From assembly GCA_002269645.1 (NCBI GenBank), contig NIVC01000980.1, positions 248,001 to 312,000 on the forward strand: 64,000 nt of DNA, in the 5' to 3' direction. The DNA is from Macrostomum lignano (Eukaryota). This document shows, in pieces, positions 1-11,500 of the stretch; position 1 is the stretch's first letter, and each line of letters opens with the position of its first letter. Made by a program: the position numbers and the translations under genes. A model generated the notes under the pieces. The model was given only the letters and a program-made list of their open reading frames with translations, ran no database searches and was not told where the DNA came from.

Positions 1-660
1 ATCCACCTCCAATCCACCTCCAATCCACACTCCAATCCACCTCCAATCCACACTCCAATCCACACTCCAATCCACCTCCAATCCACCTCCAATCCACCTC
101 CAATTGACACTCCAATCCACGCTCCAATCCACCTCCGATTCACACTCCAATCCACCTCCAATTCACACCCAATCCACCTCCAATTCACACTCCAATCCAC
201 ACTCCATCCACACTAACCCATAAATAATTCTAGCCCATATTCCAACCCACACTCCAGCCGACATTCCGTCATACAGAATGAAACAGTAGTAAAAAAGGTC
301 AATCAAAAATTTCTCTCAATCAGCTTCCATCACGATCGACCGTAGCACATGTGCGTCCTGGCGCTGGGCTCGGGATTTAGGCCCCTGTACAGCATGCGGC
401 CTAAATTGGACGAACTCACTCCAATCCACCTCCAATCCACACCAATCCACACTCCAATCCACCCCCAATTCACACTCCAATCCACACTCTAATCCAAACT
501 CCAATCCACACTCCAATCCACACTCTAATCCAAACTCCAATCCACACTCCAATCCACCTCCAATCCACACTCCATCCACACTAACCCATAAATAATTCTA
601 GCCCATATTCCAACCCACACTCCAGCCGACATTCCGGCCCACACTCCAACCCACACTGCA
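1..660. repeat. Intronic minisatellite of 11-12 bp units (CCAATCCACCT / CCAATCCACACT), interrupted by an inverted exon fragment
   Basis: Units visible at 1-210 and 421-575. A unique ~65-bp block (ACTAACCCATAAATAATTCTAGCCCATATTCCAACCCACACTCCAGCCGACATTCCG) occurs twice, ending at 268 and near 636. The region runs to the acceptor CTGCAG ending at 661. Confidence 0.9.
268..400 (-). other. Inverted duplicate (133 bp) of the hexosaminidase CDS end and 3' UTR
   Basis: 268-400 is the reverse complement of 954-1086 with one mismatch seen (AATC vs AGTC). Confidence 0.95.
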
Positions 661-661
661 G

Positions 662-1024
662 GTGACCGCCCGCGGCTACCCCGCGCTGCTGTCCTCCTGC
701 TGGTACCTGGACTACATCAAGATGTCGGACTGGAAAGATTTTTACGCCTGCGACCCGTTGAGCTTCTCCGCATCGGCTGCTCAGAAATCCCGCGTCATTG
801 GCGGCGAAGCCTGCCTGTGGGGCGAGTTCGTCGACGCCAGCAACGCCGTCAGCCAGCTGTGGCCGCGCGCCTCCGCCGTGGCCGAACGGCTGTGGAGCAA
901 CCAGACCGACTGGCGGCCGGAAGTGGCCGAGCCGAGGTACGCCGGACAGCGCTGCCGCATGCTGTACAGGGGCCTAAATCCCGAGCCCAGCGCCAGGACG
1001 CACATGTGCTACGGTCGATCGTGA
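662..1024 (+). CDS. Beta-N-acetylhexosaminidase (GH20), terminal coding exon; upstream exons lie outside the window
   Basis: Acceptor CTGCAG ends at 661. Translation has GH20 C-terminal motifs LSSCWYLD, GGEACLWGEFVD and LWPRASAVAERLWS; stop TGA at 1022-1024. Confidence 0.95.
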   Translation: MTARGYPALLSSCWYLDYIKMSDWKDFYACDPLSFSASAAQKSRVIGGEACLWGEFVDASNAVSQLWPRASAVAERLWSNQTDWRPEVAEPRYAGQRCRMLYRGLNPEPSARTHMCYGRS

Positions 1025-1145
1025 TGGAAGCTGATTGAGAGAAATTTTTGACTGACCTTTTTTACTACTGTTTCATTCTGTATGACCGGTGCGTGTTCTA
1101 CATCGGTTCGTGCTGATGTTTTTACTAGCGGAGGGTAGAGATATG

Positions 1146-1440
1146 AGTGAGTGAATGAGTGAGTGAGTGAGTGAGTGAGTGAGTGAGTGAGTGAGTGAGT
1201 GAGTGAGTGAGTGAGTGGGTGAGTGAGTGATGAGTGAGTGAGTGAGTGAGTGAGTGGGTGAGTGAATGAGTGAGTGGGTGAGTGAGTGAGTGAGTGAGTG
1301 AGTGAGTGAGTGAATGAGTGAGTGAGTGAGTGAGTGAGTGAGTGAGTGAGTGAGTGAGTGAGTGAGTGGGTGAGTGAGTGATGAGTGAGTGAGTGAGTGA
1401 GTGGGTGAGTGAATGAGTGAGTGATCGAGTGAGTGGGTGA
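1146..1440. repeat. (GAGT)n microsatellite
   Basis: Near-pure GAGT tetramer run; explains the spurious ORF 1009-1473. Confidence 0.95.
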
Positions 1441-1908
1441 ATTAGGAGTGAATGATTTGTTAATTGTTCTCAAACTGTCAGTGATTATTCACTGGTAGGT
1501 ATCATTGTCAGCGCATTCTGCCTATTCCGATCACTTCACTAATTTAAAACTTTTCACTCTTCAAAAGCCAGTGTACCGTTTATTTTTCCTGCACACCTTG
1601 TCACATCGGAATTGATGCGCAAGGCCAAAAAAAACAACTTTATCAAGTAAAACAATTTTATAACTTTTGTACTATTGATTCAATATACTCGTACGTTTTC
1701 AATATTTTTTCATTCAGATTTATTATCTGCAAAATAAAAACTAACGAATAAATTAAAAGGAAAAGATTTTTTCGTTTTTTAGTTATATATTTTACTATTT
1801 AACGCTTTGTAAGTTAAATTTAATTAACTAATTAAATATATTTTTCTTTAACGTTTCAGCAGGTTGTTTGTGTGAAATTTGTTGGAAAATTGAATATTCG
1901 CAATAAAA

Positions 1909-2277
1909 ATGCCGGTCTATGTGGTTGGAGTGTCCGGGTGAGAGATCCAATTTTGCACTTAATTATTAAATTTAATTATTTTTATGCAGCGTTTGAGTTT
2001 TTTACCGGTTCAACCCATGGTCTGGCCGTTCACCTGTCCTTAAGGCCTGTCCTCACTTAGAGTTTTACGAGTACCTGGAATTTTCACCTGGGCCAGCTGC
2101 TACCCTCACCTGGATCTTCACCTGGGCTGGTCATTCACTAGTTATCGGATTTTTCACTTTTCTGAAAACGCAGGGCCACCTGTTCAGGCAAGACGCAGAT
2201 GTGTCGCAAACTGATGGCTTCTGGTAAATATCAGTGCAGACTGGTCAGCATGGATGATCACTACTGGGTGAGGCTGC

Positions 2278-2362
<85 letters not shown>

Positions 2363-3303
2363 GTCTGCCCATCTACAAACGTACACAGGTACACACCCCT
2401 CCCAATGCCTGCAGTTGTACAACAGCGACAAGCACATCCGCCTTCCAGAGTTTGATAACTACGCCAACTACGAGAGTAAGTCACTAAAATCATGGTAAAT
2501 AAGGGTAGAAACTAAACTAGACTGTCTACTCGCGAGTAGCGAGTCACGGATATAATCAGAACTTTATATTTATTTCCAAAATTTGTCAGGAATTTGTCAC
2601 TATTAACTGATCCGATGTCAGCAACTGAATCGAATTCAACTGAGAGCCTTCAAAAACAAACCCGCAGCCCTGGCCAGTGTGAACTGGGAGGCCTTCTGCA
2701 AGGCCGCTGAGCGGGCCAAGGCCGAGCTGGAGGCCTGCGGACCGCCCGACGAGGCCAAGCTGCTGCTGCTGGAAGGCATCCTGGTGCTCAACGAGGCCTC
2801 CGCTGACCGTCTGTGCCATGGGCGAGTCTTCATCCGGCTGGATGACAGGGACGAGTTTCTGAGGAGGAGACGGTGAGAGGCTGAGATTGAGGCTGGGATT
2901 GTGATTGAGACTGAGATTGAGTTGAGACTGAGACTGAGATTGAGACTGAGATTAAGACTGAGACTGAGTTTTGATTTATGATGTTCGTTTTAAAATTTGG
3001 ACTACTCATTTCGTAGCGCTACTTATAGTAGAAAACTAGAAAAGGTGCACATTATTATCAATGGCACGTATGCTCACCCATGGCTCATCCAATTTGCTGT
3101 CGCAATGCAGCGAGCGCGTGTACGAGGACGACCCGGTGCCCGACGGTTACGACACCGCAGTCACGTGGCCGATGTACGCTGAGCACTGCGCTGCTCTGGC
3201 GGGCCGGACTGACGTGACGTTTTTGAATGGCACCGAGTCACCTGAGACCCTCTATGCCCAGCTCTGCGGACTGCTGGACCGGCTGCTGGCTGCTGGGCGG
3301 TGA
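1909..3303 (+). CDS. NMRK: Nicotinamide riboside kinase; exons 1909-1937, 2174-2267, 2415-2475, 2668-2872, 3111-3303; 193 aa
   Basis: All introns GT-AG and phases consistent (582 nt). Spliced protein: [17 protein letters not shown] (Walker A), [39 protein letters not shown], matching the NRK1 layout (IIGISG..GKT, QDDFF, IIEGFLL, RRSTRVY, VWPMY, YLDGT). Confidence 0.92.
2277..2368. repeat. (TCTG)n microsatellite in NMRK intron 2
   Basis: Pure TCTG run between the donor at 2268 and the acceptor ending 2414. Confidence 0.95.
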
Positions 3304-3330
3304 CCCGCGCTGCCTGACCTCTGAGCCTCT

Positions 3331-3880
3331 GTGCCATTCTGTGCCAGTCTGTGCCATTCTGTGCCAGTCTGCGCCAGTATGTGCCAGTCTGTGCCAGTCT
3401 GTGCCTGTCTGTGCCAGTCTGTGCCAGTCTGTGCCAGTCTGCGCCAGTCTGTGCCAGTCTGCGCCAGTCTGTGCCTGTCTGTGCCTGTCTGTGCCTGTCT
3501 GTGCCTGTCTGTGCCAGTCTGTGCCTGTCTGTGCCTGTCTGCGCCAGTCTGTGCCAGTCTGTGCCAGTCTGTGCCTGTCTGTGCCAGTCTGTGCCTGTCT
3601 GTGCCAGTCTGTGCCATTCTGTGCCAGTCTGCGCCAGTATGTGCCAGTCTGTGCCAGTCTATGCCTGTCTGTGCCAGTCTGTGCCAGTCTGCGCCAGTCT
3701 GTGCCAGTCTGTGCCAGTCTATGCCTGTCTGTGCCAGTCTGTGCCAGTCTGTGCCAGTCTGCGCCAGTCTGTGCCAGTCTGTGCCAGTCTGCGCCAGTCT
3801 GTGCCTGTCTGTGCCTGTCTGTGCCTGTCTGTGCCTGTCTGTGCCAGTCTGTGCCTGTCTGTGCCTGTCTGTGCCTGTCC
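3331..3880. repeat. 10-bp minisatellite (TGTGCCAGTC / TGTGCCTGTC)
   Basis: Period-10 array just downstream of the NMRK stop; source of five spurious ORFs. Confidence 0.95.
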
Positions 3881-4409
3881 GATTCATTCCTACCCGTTCT
3901 GTTCATTCTCGTGTACTCCGCAGTGGTTTCAGTCTTGTCGCAGCCGAAGCTCTTTACTTATTGATCTGTTGACTGTTGCTGTTGCATGTCCAGATTTCTG
4001 CAGCAGGAATACGCTCGATTTTTTAAAAATAAAACTACAAGTGCAAATACATGTATAAATTCTTAAATAGGTTAATTTTTGTTTGTCCATGCTCGGACGT
4101 TTAAAAACCAGTGTTTTTGCTGTTTTGTGTATCAGACCTTTTTAGTTAGAGAACTAACTTTAGTATCAGTGTCACCACTGACTAATGAGCTCTGATTCAT
4201 ATGTTTTACTGACTCATAGTTGCGTGGCTGACTGGATCAGGACAAGCTTGGCAAAACTAATTCTTCACTAAGTTTAGCTGACATTAAGAATTCGGTATTG
4301 CTGACTCTGTCCATGCAGGGCTCTGTGCTGTGTGTTTCTGACTTGGAAAAACTACATTTGCATGTCTTATTTTGCTCCTGTTGTTTTGAGCTTGCGGCAG
4401 ACTGCAGAA

Positions 4410-4630
4410 GAGTGGAGGGAGAAAGATGAGAAAGAGGAGGAGAGTAGGGAGTTAAGAGAGTCGGAGGGGAGATTTTAGGAAAAAAAAGATAATAGTGACG
4501 GAAAAAGAGAGGAGAGGAGAGGAGAGGAGAAGAGAGTAGAGTAGAGTAGAGTAGAGTAGAAGAGAGGAGAGGAGAGGAGAGGAGAAGAAAGGAATAGAGA
4601 GGAGAGGAGAGGGTGGAGAAGAGAGGAGAG
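4410..4630. repeat. GA-rich low-complexity tract (GAGAG/GTAGA)
   Basis: Polypurine runs on +; on - it forms a pyrimidine tract leading to CTGCAG at 4407-4402. Confidence 0.8.
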
Positions 4631-5585
4631 TAATAATATTGTTATTACTAACGATACATTTCTTCTCCTCGATTCAACACGTATTTAGCGGAGGATTTCT
4701 GATCGAACAGTGCAAGTTCGAAGAAAATCGGTTGAGCCATTTTTTCTCTAATCGATCACATAGATACCTATACCTACCGACAAACCATTTTTAGTATTTT
4801 ACGAGTAGAAGCAGCTCCCGATTTTTTTCTTTCTCAAACCTAAAAATTTCTAGTTAGCCCTTTCTTACTGTTGACTAAAACAGTGAAGAACCAATTGCAG
4901 GGCAGCTGGCTGCTTCTTCATCAACTTTGGTTTCTAGTCAAGACTGGTGCGGGGCGCGACCAGACCGGGCCGCTTTTGTTGTTTTTGGCGCACGTGTTGA
5001 GCGTGCAGCATTCGTATGCTTTCCTGCTTATCCTACCCTGCTGCCCGTTCGTCAGCCATTTTCTTATTAAATCCACCTCCATAATGTGGACAAAAGCGAC
5101 GGAGTGAAGGGCTGTTGAGTGCTGTTGACTCCTCTCTGTCTCTCCGCTCTCAATTGACGCGGCCATGGATGTCTTAAGCTAAAAGTCTGGACTAGAAAAG
5201 TTAATTAAAGTTGTCTAAAAATGCTAAAAAAAGACTGTTATATTTCCTATGTTTTAGCTCAAGTCATAAACTCTGGGAGCGGAGCAGCTCAGCTGCAAAC
5301 GCGTCTACGACTCACGGGGTCACGCCCTCTTGGTGGTGGTCGCTGTACACCCTGCAGCTCTTCCAGACTCTCACTCTTATAGCACTCCCTGGCTTGTCTC
5401 AGGCAGGCAGACAGGCGGTCATATTCTGATGAGTCAGCAGCAATGAATGGAATTCATTATAATATAATAGCTCAAAGCAAGTTTTCAGTAGACTGCAGCA
5501 AGTCTACTGGGTCGCATGGTGGGGTTGGTGGGGGGGTGCCTGCCTGCGGCAACCCACCGCACAGAGGGCTCAGGCTGCTGCAGTC

Positions 5586-5593
5586 TATAAATA
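5586..5593 (+). promoter_or_regulatory. TATA box of the small secreted-peptide gene
   Basis: TATAAATA about 120 bp upstream of the ATG at 5711; AATAAA at 6065-6070 downstream of the stop. Confidence 0.55.
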
Positions 5594-5710
5594 AACGGCC
5601 CCTGTGGAGCGAAGCCGTAAGCCAATTCTTATAGACTCCCCAGGCGCATCGATTCGTCAGGAATTCGTGCAGCGGTGCTGATTCGTGAGCCGGAGATCTC
5701 TTGCTGCCAA

Positions 5711-5947
5711 ATGCGCTGCGTTTTGCTGTTGTCGCTGCTGCTGCTGCTGCTGACGACGGCACTGACTGCCAAGCCGGTGTCTCAGCCAGCTGATGCTGAC
5801 GACGGTCCGTTCGACGCCGCCGATGACGCCGACGAGCTGGCCGAGTTGAAACGGAAAGACATCCTGGAAGATTGCCTGCCCTTCCTAGCCAGCACTCTGA
5901 ACGCTCACGACAGCATCCCGGACAAGTGTCGCGGTCTGCTGACCTGA
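5711..5947 (+). CDS. Single-exon 78-aa secreted prepropeptide: signal peptide, acidic pro-region, KR site, two-Cys mature peptide
   Basis: MRCVLLLSLLLLLLTTALTA / KPVSQPADADDGPFDAADDADELAELKR / KDILEDCLPFLASTLNAHDSIPDKCRGLLT*. GC-rich codon usage like the other exons, with TATA and polyA signal. Confidence 0.85.
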   Translation: MRCVLLLSLLLLLLTTALTAKPVSQPADADDGPFDAADDADELAELKRKDILEDCLPFLASTLNAHDSIPDKCRGLLT

Positions 5948-6429
5948 TTGAATTCTGACAATAATGGAATTTTGAGATCATCTATCTATAGCACACCAGT
6001 ATCCAGCTGCTCCTGCTGAGTTGCATGTGCGCAATTCTCAAAGAGTTTGTATAAAAATGTGCTAAATAAAACTGAGCCACTAATTAAAATGAAAAATTTA
6101 TCCAATAATCGATCGGTCTTCGTTATGCTACTTACAGTTGCGTAGAAGTAGTATGCGTAACATTTTTGCTTTTTTGTTAAGGGCCGTAGTTGCATGACCT
6201 TCAGATGCACGCACCGCACAATATAAAAATTTTAATACTACTGTACATGTATCTCCTTCTTACTACTTACGAGTAGTAATGTATCGTGTATTATCGGCGA
6301 AATTGGTATGTGTGTACCATGAAAGGGAGATTTTGCTGTTGTTGTATCCGAAAGGAAAGCTCCGCAGAAAATCTACTATTTTTCATCATCTTGAAGGTTA
6401 TCCACTGAAAAGTAACGTAAAGTTAACGG

Positions 6430-7025
6430 AGAGGGAGAGGGAGAACAGAGAGGGAGAGGGAAAGAGAGGGGGAGAGGAGAGAGTGTGAGGGGAGATGAGA
6501 GTGTGAAGGGAGATGAGAGTGTGAGGGGAGAGGAGAGTGTGAGGGGAGATGAGAGTGTGAGGGGAGATGAGAGTGTGAGGGGAGATGAGAGTGTGAGGGG
6601 AGATGAGAGAGGGAGAGGGGAAGGGGAGAGGGAGAGTAAAGAGACAGGAGAGGGCAGAGGAGAGGAGATGAGTGAGGGGGAGAGGGAGAGTGAAGAGAAA
6701 GGAGAGATCAAGCAGAGGAGAGGAGATGAGAGAGGGAGAGTGAAGAGACAGGAGAGGGCAGAGGAGAGGAGATGAGAGAGGGAGAGTAAAGAGACAGGAG
6801 AGGGCAGAGGAGAGGAGATGAGAGAGGGAGAGTGAAGAGACAGGAGAGGGCAGAGGAGAGGAGATGAGTGAGGGGGAGAGGGAGAGTGAAGAGACAGGAG
6901 AGATCAAGCAGAGGAGAGGAGATGAGAGAGGGAGAGTGAAGAGACAGGAGAGGGGAATAGGAAAGGAGAGAGGGTGAGGGCAAAGAAGAGAGTGAGATGG
7001 TAAGAGTAGAGTGTGAGAGAGAAGA
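6430..7025. repeat. GA-rich compound minisatellite (18-bp GAGAGTGTGAGGGGAGAT units, then longer GAGAGGGAGAGTGAAGAGACAG units)
   Basis: Repeated purine units; spurious ORFs on both strands. Confidence 0.9.
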
Positions 7026-7849
7026 GGAGACACAAGTCCAAGCAGCATTCTTCGCTCTGTGAGTGGCCTTTTTGAAATCCTGTCGCTTGTCATCCCGCAC
7101 AAATTAAAAATTAATTCATACCGGTATTGAGAGGATTTTGTCGCAGAGCTCATGGGTCATACAAAACTATTGAAGGCTTTGCTGCGGCACAAATAACAGT
7201 TTGAACTTTGACAGTAGAGAGAGAGAGTGAGTGCAGGGTGCGGTGAGTTATCAGTGTTTTCCTACTTGTAATGTATGAGCTAAATTCCAAGTAGCCAAAC
7301 GATTTAAAAGCTTATAATTGATCAGTTTAGTGAGCACGTGATGCCATTGTCCCTAATCTTGAAAAGTGAAAATCGGCATTAAGAATGCAACACCATGCAT
7401 ATCGCCCTCTTCAATTATCTCTATCAAATCGATGAGTTATTACAGCACGAATAAACAACTTGTTGAGCAGCCATTGCTCAGCACAAATCCCTTTTGAGTC
7501 TGTGATGGAATTTGCCGCCGATTTAGGCTACCCGATAATTCCCCAATTGTTGAGACTCTGCTCCAGTGAGCAGTCCCAGAGAGATAAATGCTGGATGAGA
7601 TAAGCGATTTGCAGGTTGCCAACCTGGACTGAGCCATTGCGCAACTCCTTGACAGCCTATGGACTCGAGGGGTATCGAGATTTCCGATTTAGTTTAATAA
7701 TAATCGGATTCTATAACCATGTCCCCCAGGGCATGTTTGCCAGCTCTGATGAGGACCAATTAAACTGGCAGGCTTAATCACGGCTCGTTCAACCTTAATA
7801 GGCCACCCCCTCCCCTCGAACCGGGTTGAGATATTAGCTCCGGGGCTGC

Positions 7850-8280
7850 CTATAAGAGTGCCAAGATAATGGCGCCCTATAAGAGTGCCAAGATGATGGC
7901 GCCCTATAAGAGTGCCAAGATGATGGGGCCTATTAAAGTGCCAAGATGATGGCGCCCTTTAAGAGTGCCAAGATGATGGCGCCCTATAAGAGTGCCAAGA
8001 TGATGGCGCCCTATAAGAGTGCCAAGATGATGGCGCCCTATAAGAGTGCCAAGATGATGGCGCCCTATAAGAGTGCCAAGATGATGGCGCCCTATAAGAG
8101 TGCCAAGATGATGGCGCCCTATAAGAGTGCCAAGATGATGGCGCCCTATAAGAGTGCCAAGATGATGGCGCCCTATAAGAGTGCCAAGATGATGGCGCCC
8201 TATAAGAGTGCCAAGATGATGGGGCCTATTAAAGTGCCAAGATGATGGCGCCCTATAAGAGTGCCAAGATGATGGCGCTT
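7850..8280. repeat. 27-bp minisatellite (GATGATGGCGCCCTATAAGAGTGCCAA), about 16 copies, upstream of homeobrain
   Basis: Period 27 gives the (MMAPYKSAK)n ORF. Confidence 0.95.
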
Positions 8281-8587
8281 AGGCGCCAGATGCCAGAGTA
8301 GATAAATTAGAACACCAGGACGGAACCATCGTCAGGCGGGTGGGGTTGGCGTGGCCTGCGTCCCAATTTTGCTGAGCAACAATTAACTCAAAGACTCAAG
8401 CTATCGCCATGCAGCCAGTCGCCAGCCAATAGGAAGCGGCCTACCAGCGCAGCCACCCCACACCCTGTTTGATGCCTTCATTAGCTCCAGCACGACCCAT
8501 CTGCAACAGTAGACATCTGCGCTGTGCACTGGATTTCTTGCTAGTTTATTCAAGAACCAATCTAGTACCAGATATTCCGATTAAATC

Positions 8588-11500
8588 ATGACATCTGCAG
8601 TGAAATCCTTGACCAATTTCACAATCGAGGGCATTCTGAGCAGTGCCGCAGTTTTTGAGTCCAACGGTAGCGAGACAGACTCAAAACTGGACAACTCTGG
8701 CAAGGATTTTGGTAAGCCAGAATTTAATCTCTTTTCTTCTCATGACTTCCTCCTCTATGACCTATGCCCTATGCCTATGAACTATGTATATGACCTATGT
8801 CTATGCCCTATGTCTATGACCTATGTCTATGCCCTATGTCTATGAGCTATGTCTATGACCTATGTCTATGACCTATGTCTATGACCTATGTCTATGACCT
8901 ATGTCTATGACCTATGTCTATGACCTATTTCTGTGACCTATGCCTATTACCTATGACCCATGCCCTATGTCTATGACCTATTTCTGAGACCTATGCCTAT
9001 GACCTGTTTTCCGCCCCGCAGATGACTCCAGGCAGCAGCTTCGCGGCGCCTGCTGCCCCGACAACGAAGAAGTCGACGACGCTCGATCTTCGTCGGCGGC
9101 GGCAGCGCGGAAGATTCGCAGATCGCGGACCACCTTCACCACCTACCAGCTGCACCAGCTCGAGCAGGCGTTCGAGAAGACGCAATACCCGGACGTGTTC
9201 GCTAGGGAGGACCTGGCGCAGCGGCTGCAGCTCAGCGAGGCCAGAGTTCAGGTGAGAGAATTGGGGTCGCATCTGGGATGCTGGGGAGAAGTGTGGATAA
9301 CTAGGGAGTAAAATTTTGGTTGAAAGAGTTTGTTTGAGGACGTGTCGATTGGAGTAGGAAAGTAACAAGAAGGATATTAGAGAGTGGGAGGGAGACTAGA
9401 GAGAGAGAAGGAGAGAGGAGAGGGATATTAGAGAGAAGGGAGAAGGAGATTAGAGAGGGGAGAAGGAGACTGCATAGGAGGGGGGAGAGGGAGATTAGAG
9501 AGAGAGAGGAGAGGGAGACTAGAGAGGGTAAGGAGATTATAAAGAGGAGAAGGAGAATAGAGAGAAGAGAGTAGGAGACTAGAGAGAAGAGAGGAGAAGG
9601 AGACTAGAGAGAAGAGAGGAGAAGGAGACTAGAGAGATGGGAGGGAGAATAGAGAAGAGAGGGAGATTAGAGAAAGGAGGAGGCGACTATAGAGGAGATT
9701 ATAGAGGAGAGGGTGACTAGAGAGGGAGAGGGGAGGGAGACTAGAGAGAAGACTAGAGAGAGGAGAGTAAGATTAAAGAGGACAGAAAATGGAGGTTGAG
9801 ATGGAAGACGAGAGATGGGGCATGGAAGCTGCAAGAAGACAAGAAGAGACACCAAAAGCAATGAAGCGGGAGCCAGCGGTAGCTAAAGTGATTAGTATAT
9901 CATTGTGAAACTCATTCAACTGCACAATGGCACCATATTATGAGTATAGTTTTAATCTGGCCTGTGATCTATCAACCTGCATAAGTTCTCGTATAACTAT
10001 AGAAGCCTAATTAAAGGAGTTTAAGCTCTTCAGCTCAACAGCGAGCTCGAGCTTAATGACTTTGTTAAACAGCCAATTTCATTACGGTTCAAAAGCTTTC
10101 CGAGTAGCTCAATAGTTTAACCGATTATTAAACTGAAAATTGCTCAGGAATTGATACCCCCCCCTGCTCCCCATGAATAATGATTCCGGGCGAGTGACTT
10201 GAGCTCAGTCTGTTAGGAGTGACATTGCTGGTTCACTGGCTTGGCACAATTCTCACTGCAGTTCGTGACGCATGGGGGTGGGGCTGTATAGCTCGGCCAA
10301 AGCCATTCGAGCCAGTTCGAGCGTGTTCGCTAAATTGGTGAAAAATATCTAAAAGACAGAAATTAATTGGCAAAGATTCGCCTGCGCATGAAGGCTTCTC
10401 AGCGAAATGCCTGAAATTTGTTTATATTAGAAACAAAAGATTAGCGATTAGAAAGATTAGCTGCGCCCCCGTGAACCGATTGTCAGTGCCTGCAATCAGA
10501 GCTCAAGCCACTGGTAATTAGTGGATCACAATTCAAATTGCTCAATTCATGCTGAGCTGGGGATCAATTTTAAACAAATTTTTTTTACCCCCGAGAAAAT
10601 AAAAAAAGACAAACAAAAGGCCCCCCAATTAACGCTCATTCCTTTAATTTGAAACCTGACAAAACTGCGCGTCACACAGCACGTTTTAGCCTCACCAATT
10701 AATTAGGCTCGTAATGAGCCGACAGACATTCTAAATTGATTTGGTTTCGTTTTAAACCGAACTCCAATCTCATTAAATCTAGCTGTGGTTGAGACCATTT
10801 GACTCAACTTTTATAATTAAAATTCAAGCCTATTGTTGACTAATTAGTTTTTTATCTTCAACCGGACAAACTTTATGCCCACACATCAGACACTAGATGC
10901 CAGACCGCTAGATACCAGACAATAGATACCAGACACTGCTAGATACCAGACAATAGATACCAGACACTGCTAGATACCAGACAATAGATACCAGACACTG
11001 CTAGATACCAGACAATAGATACCAGACACTGCTAGATACCAGAAAATAGATACCAGACACTGCTAGATACCAGACAATAGATACCAGGCACTGCTAGATA
11101 CCAGTCACTAGATACCAGACACTGCTAGATACCAGACAATAGATACCAGACACTGCTAGATACCAGACAATAGATACCAGACACTGCTAGATACCAGACA
11201 ATAGATACCAGACACTGCTAGATACCAGACAATAGATACCAGACACTGCTAGATACCAGTCACTAGATACCAGACACTGCTAGATACCAGACAATAGATA
11301 CCAGACACTGCTAGATACCAGACAATAGATACCAGACACTGCTAGATACCAGACAATAGATACCAGACACTGCTAGATACCAGTCACTATGCCAGAAGTT
11401 AGCAATAACCAACAACCCCCCCCCTCACCCCAGGTGTGGTTTCAGAACAGGCGAGCGAAGTGGCGCAAGCGGGAGAAGCAGCAGCGCCACGAGCCCGGAG

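Noticed and set aside
1809-1862. Trans-splice acceptor or operon linking hexosaminidase and NMRK
   Set aside because: A GTAAGT donor at 1809 pairs with the acceptor at 1859, so a short cis 5' UTR intron explains it.
3227-4058. Cys-rich or QTGTD-repeat ORFs in several frames
   Set aside because: All arise from the 10-bp repeat and are open in many frames on both strands.
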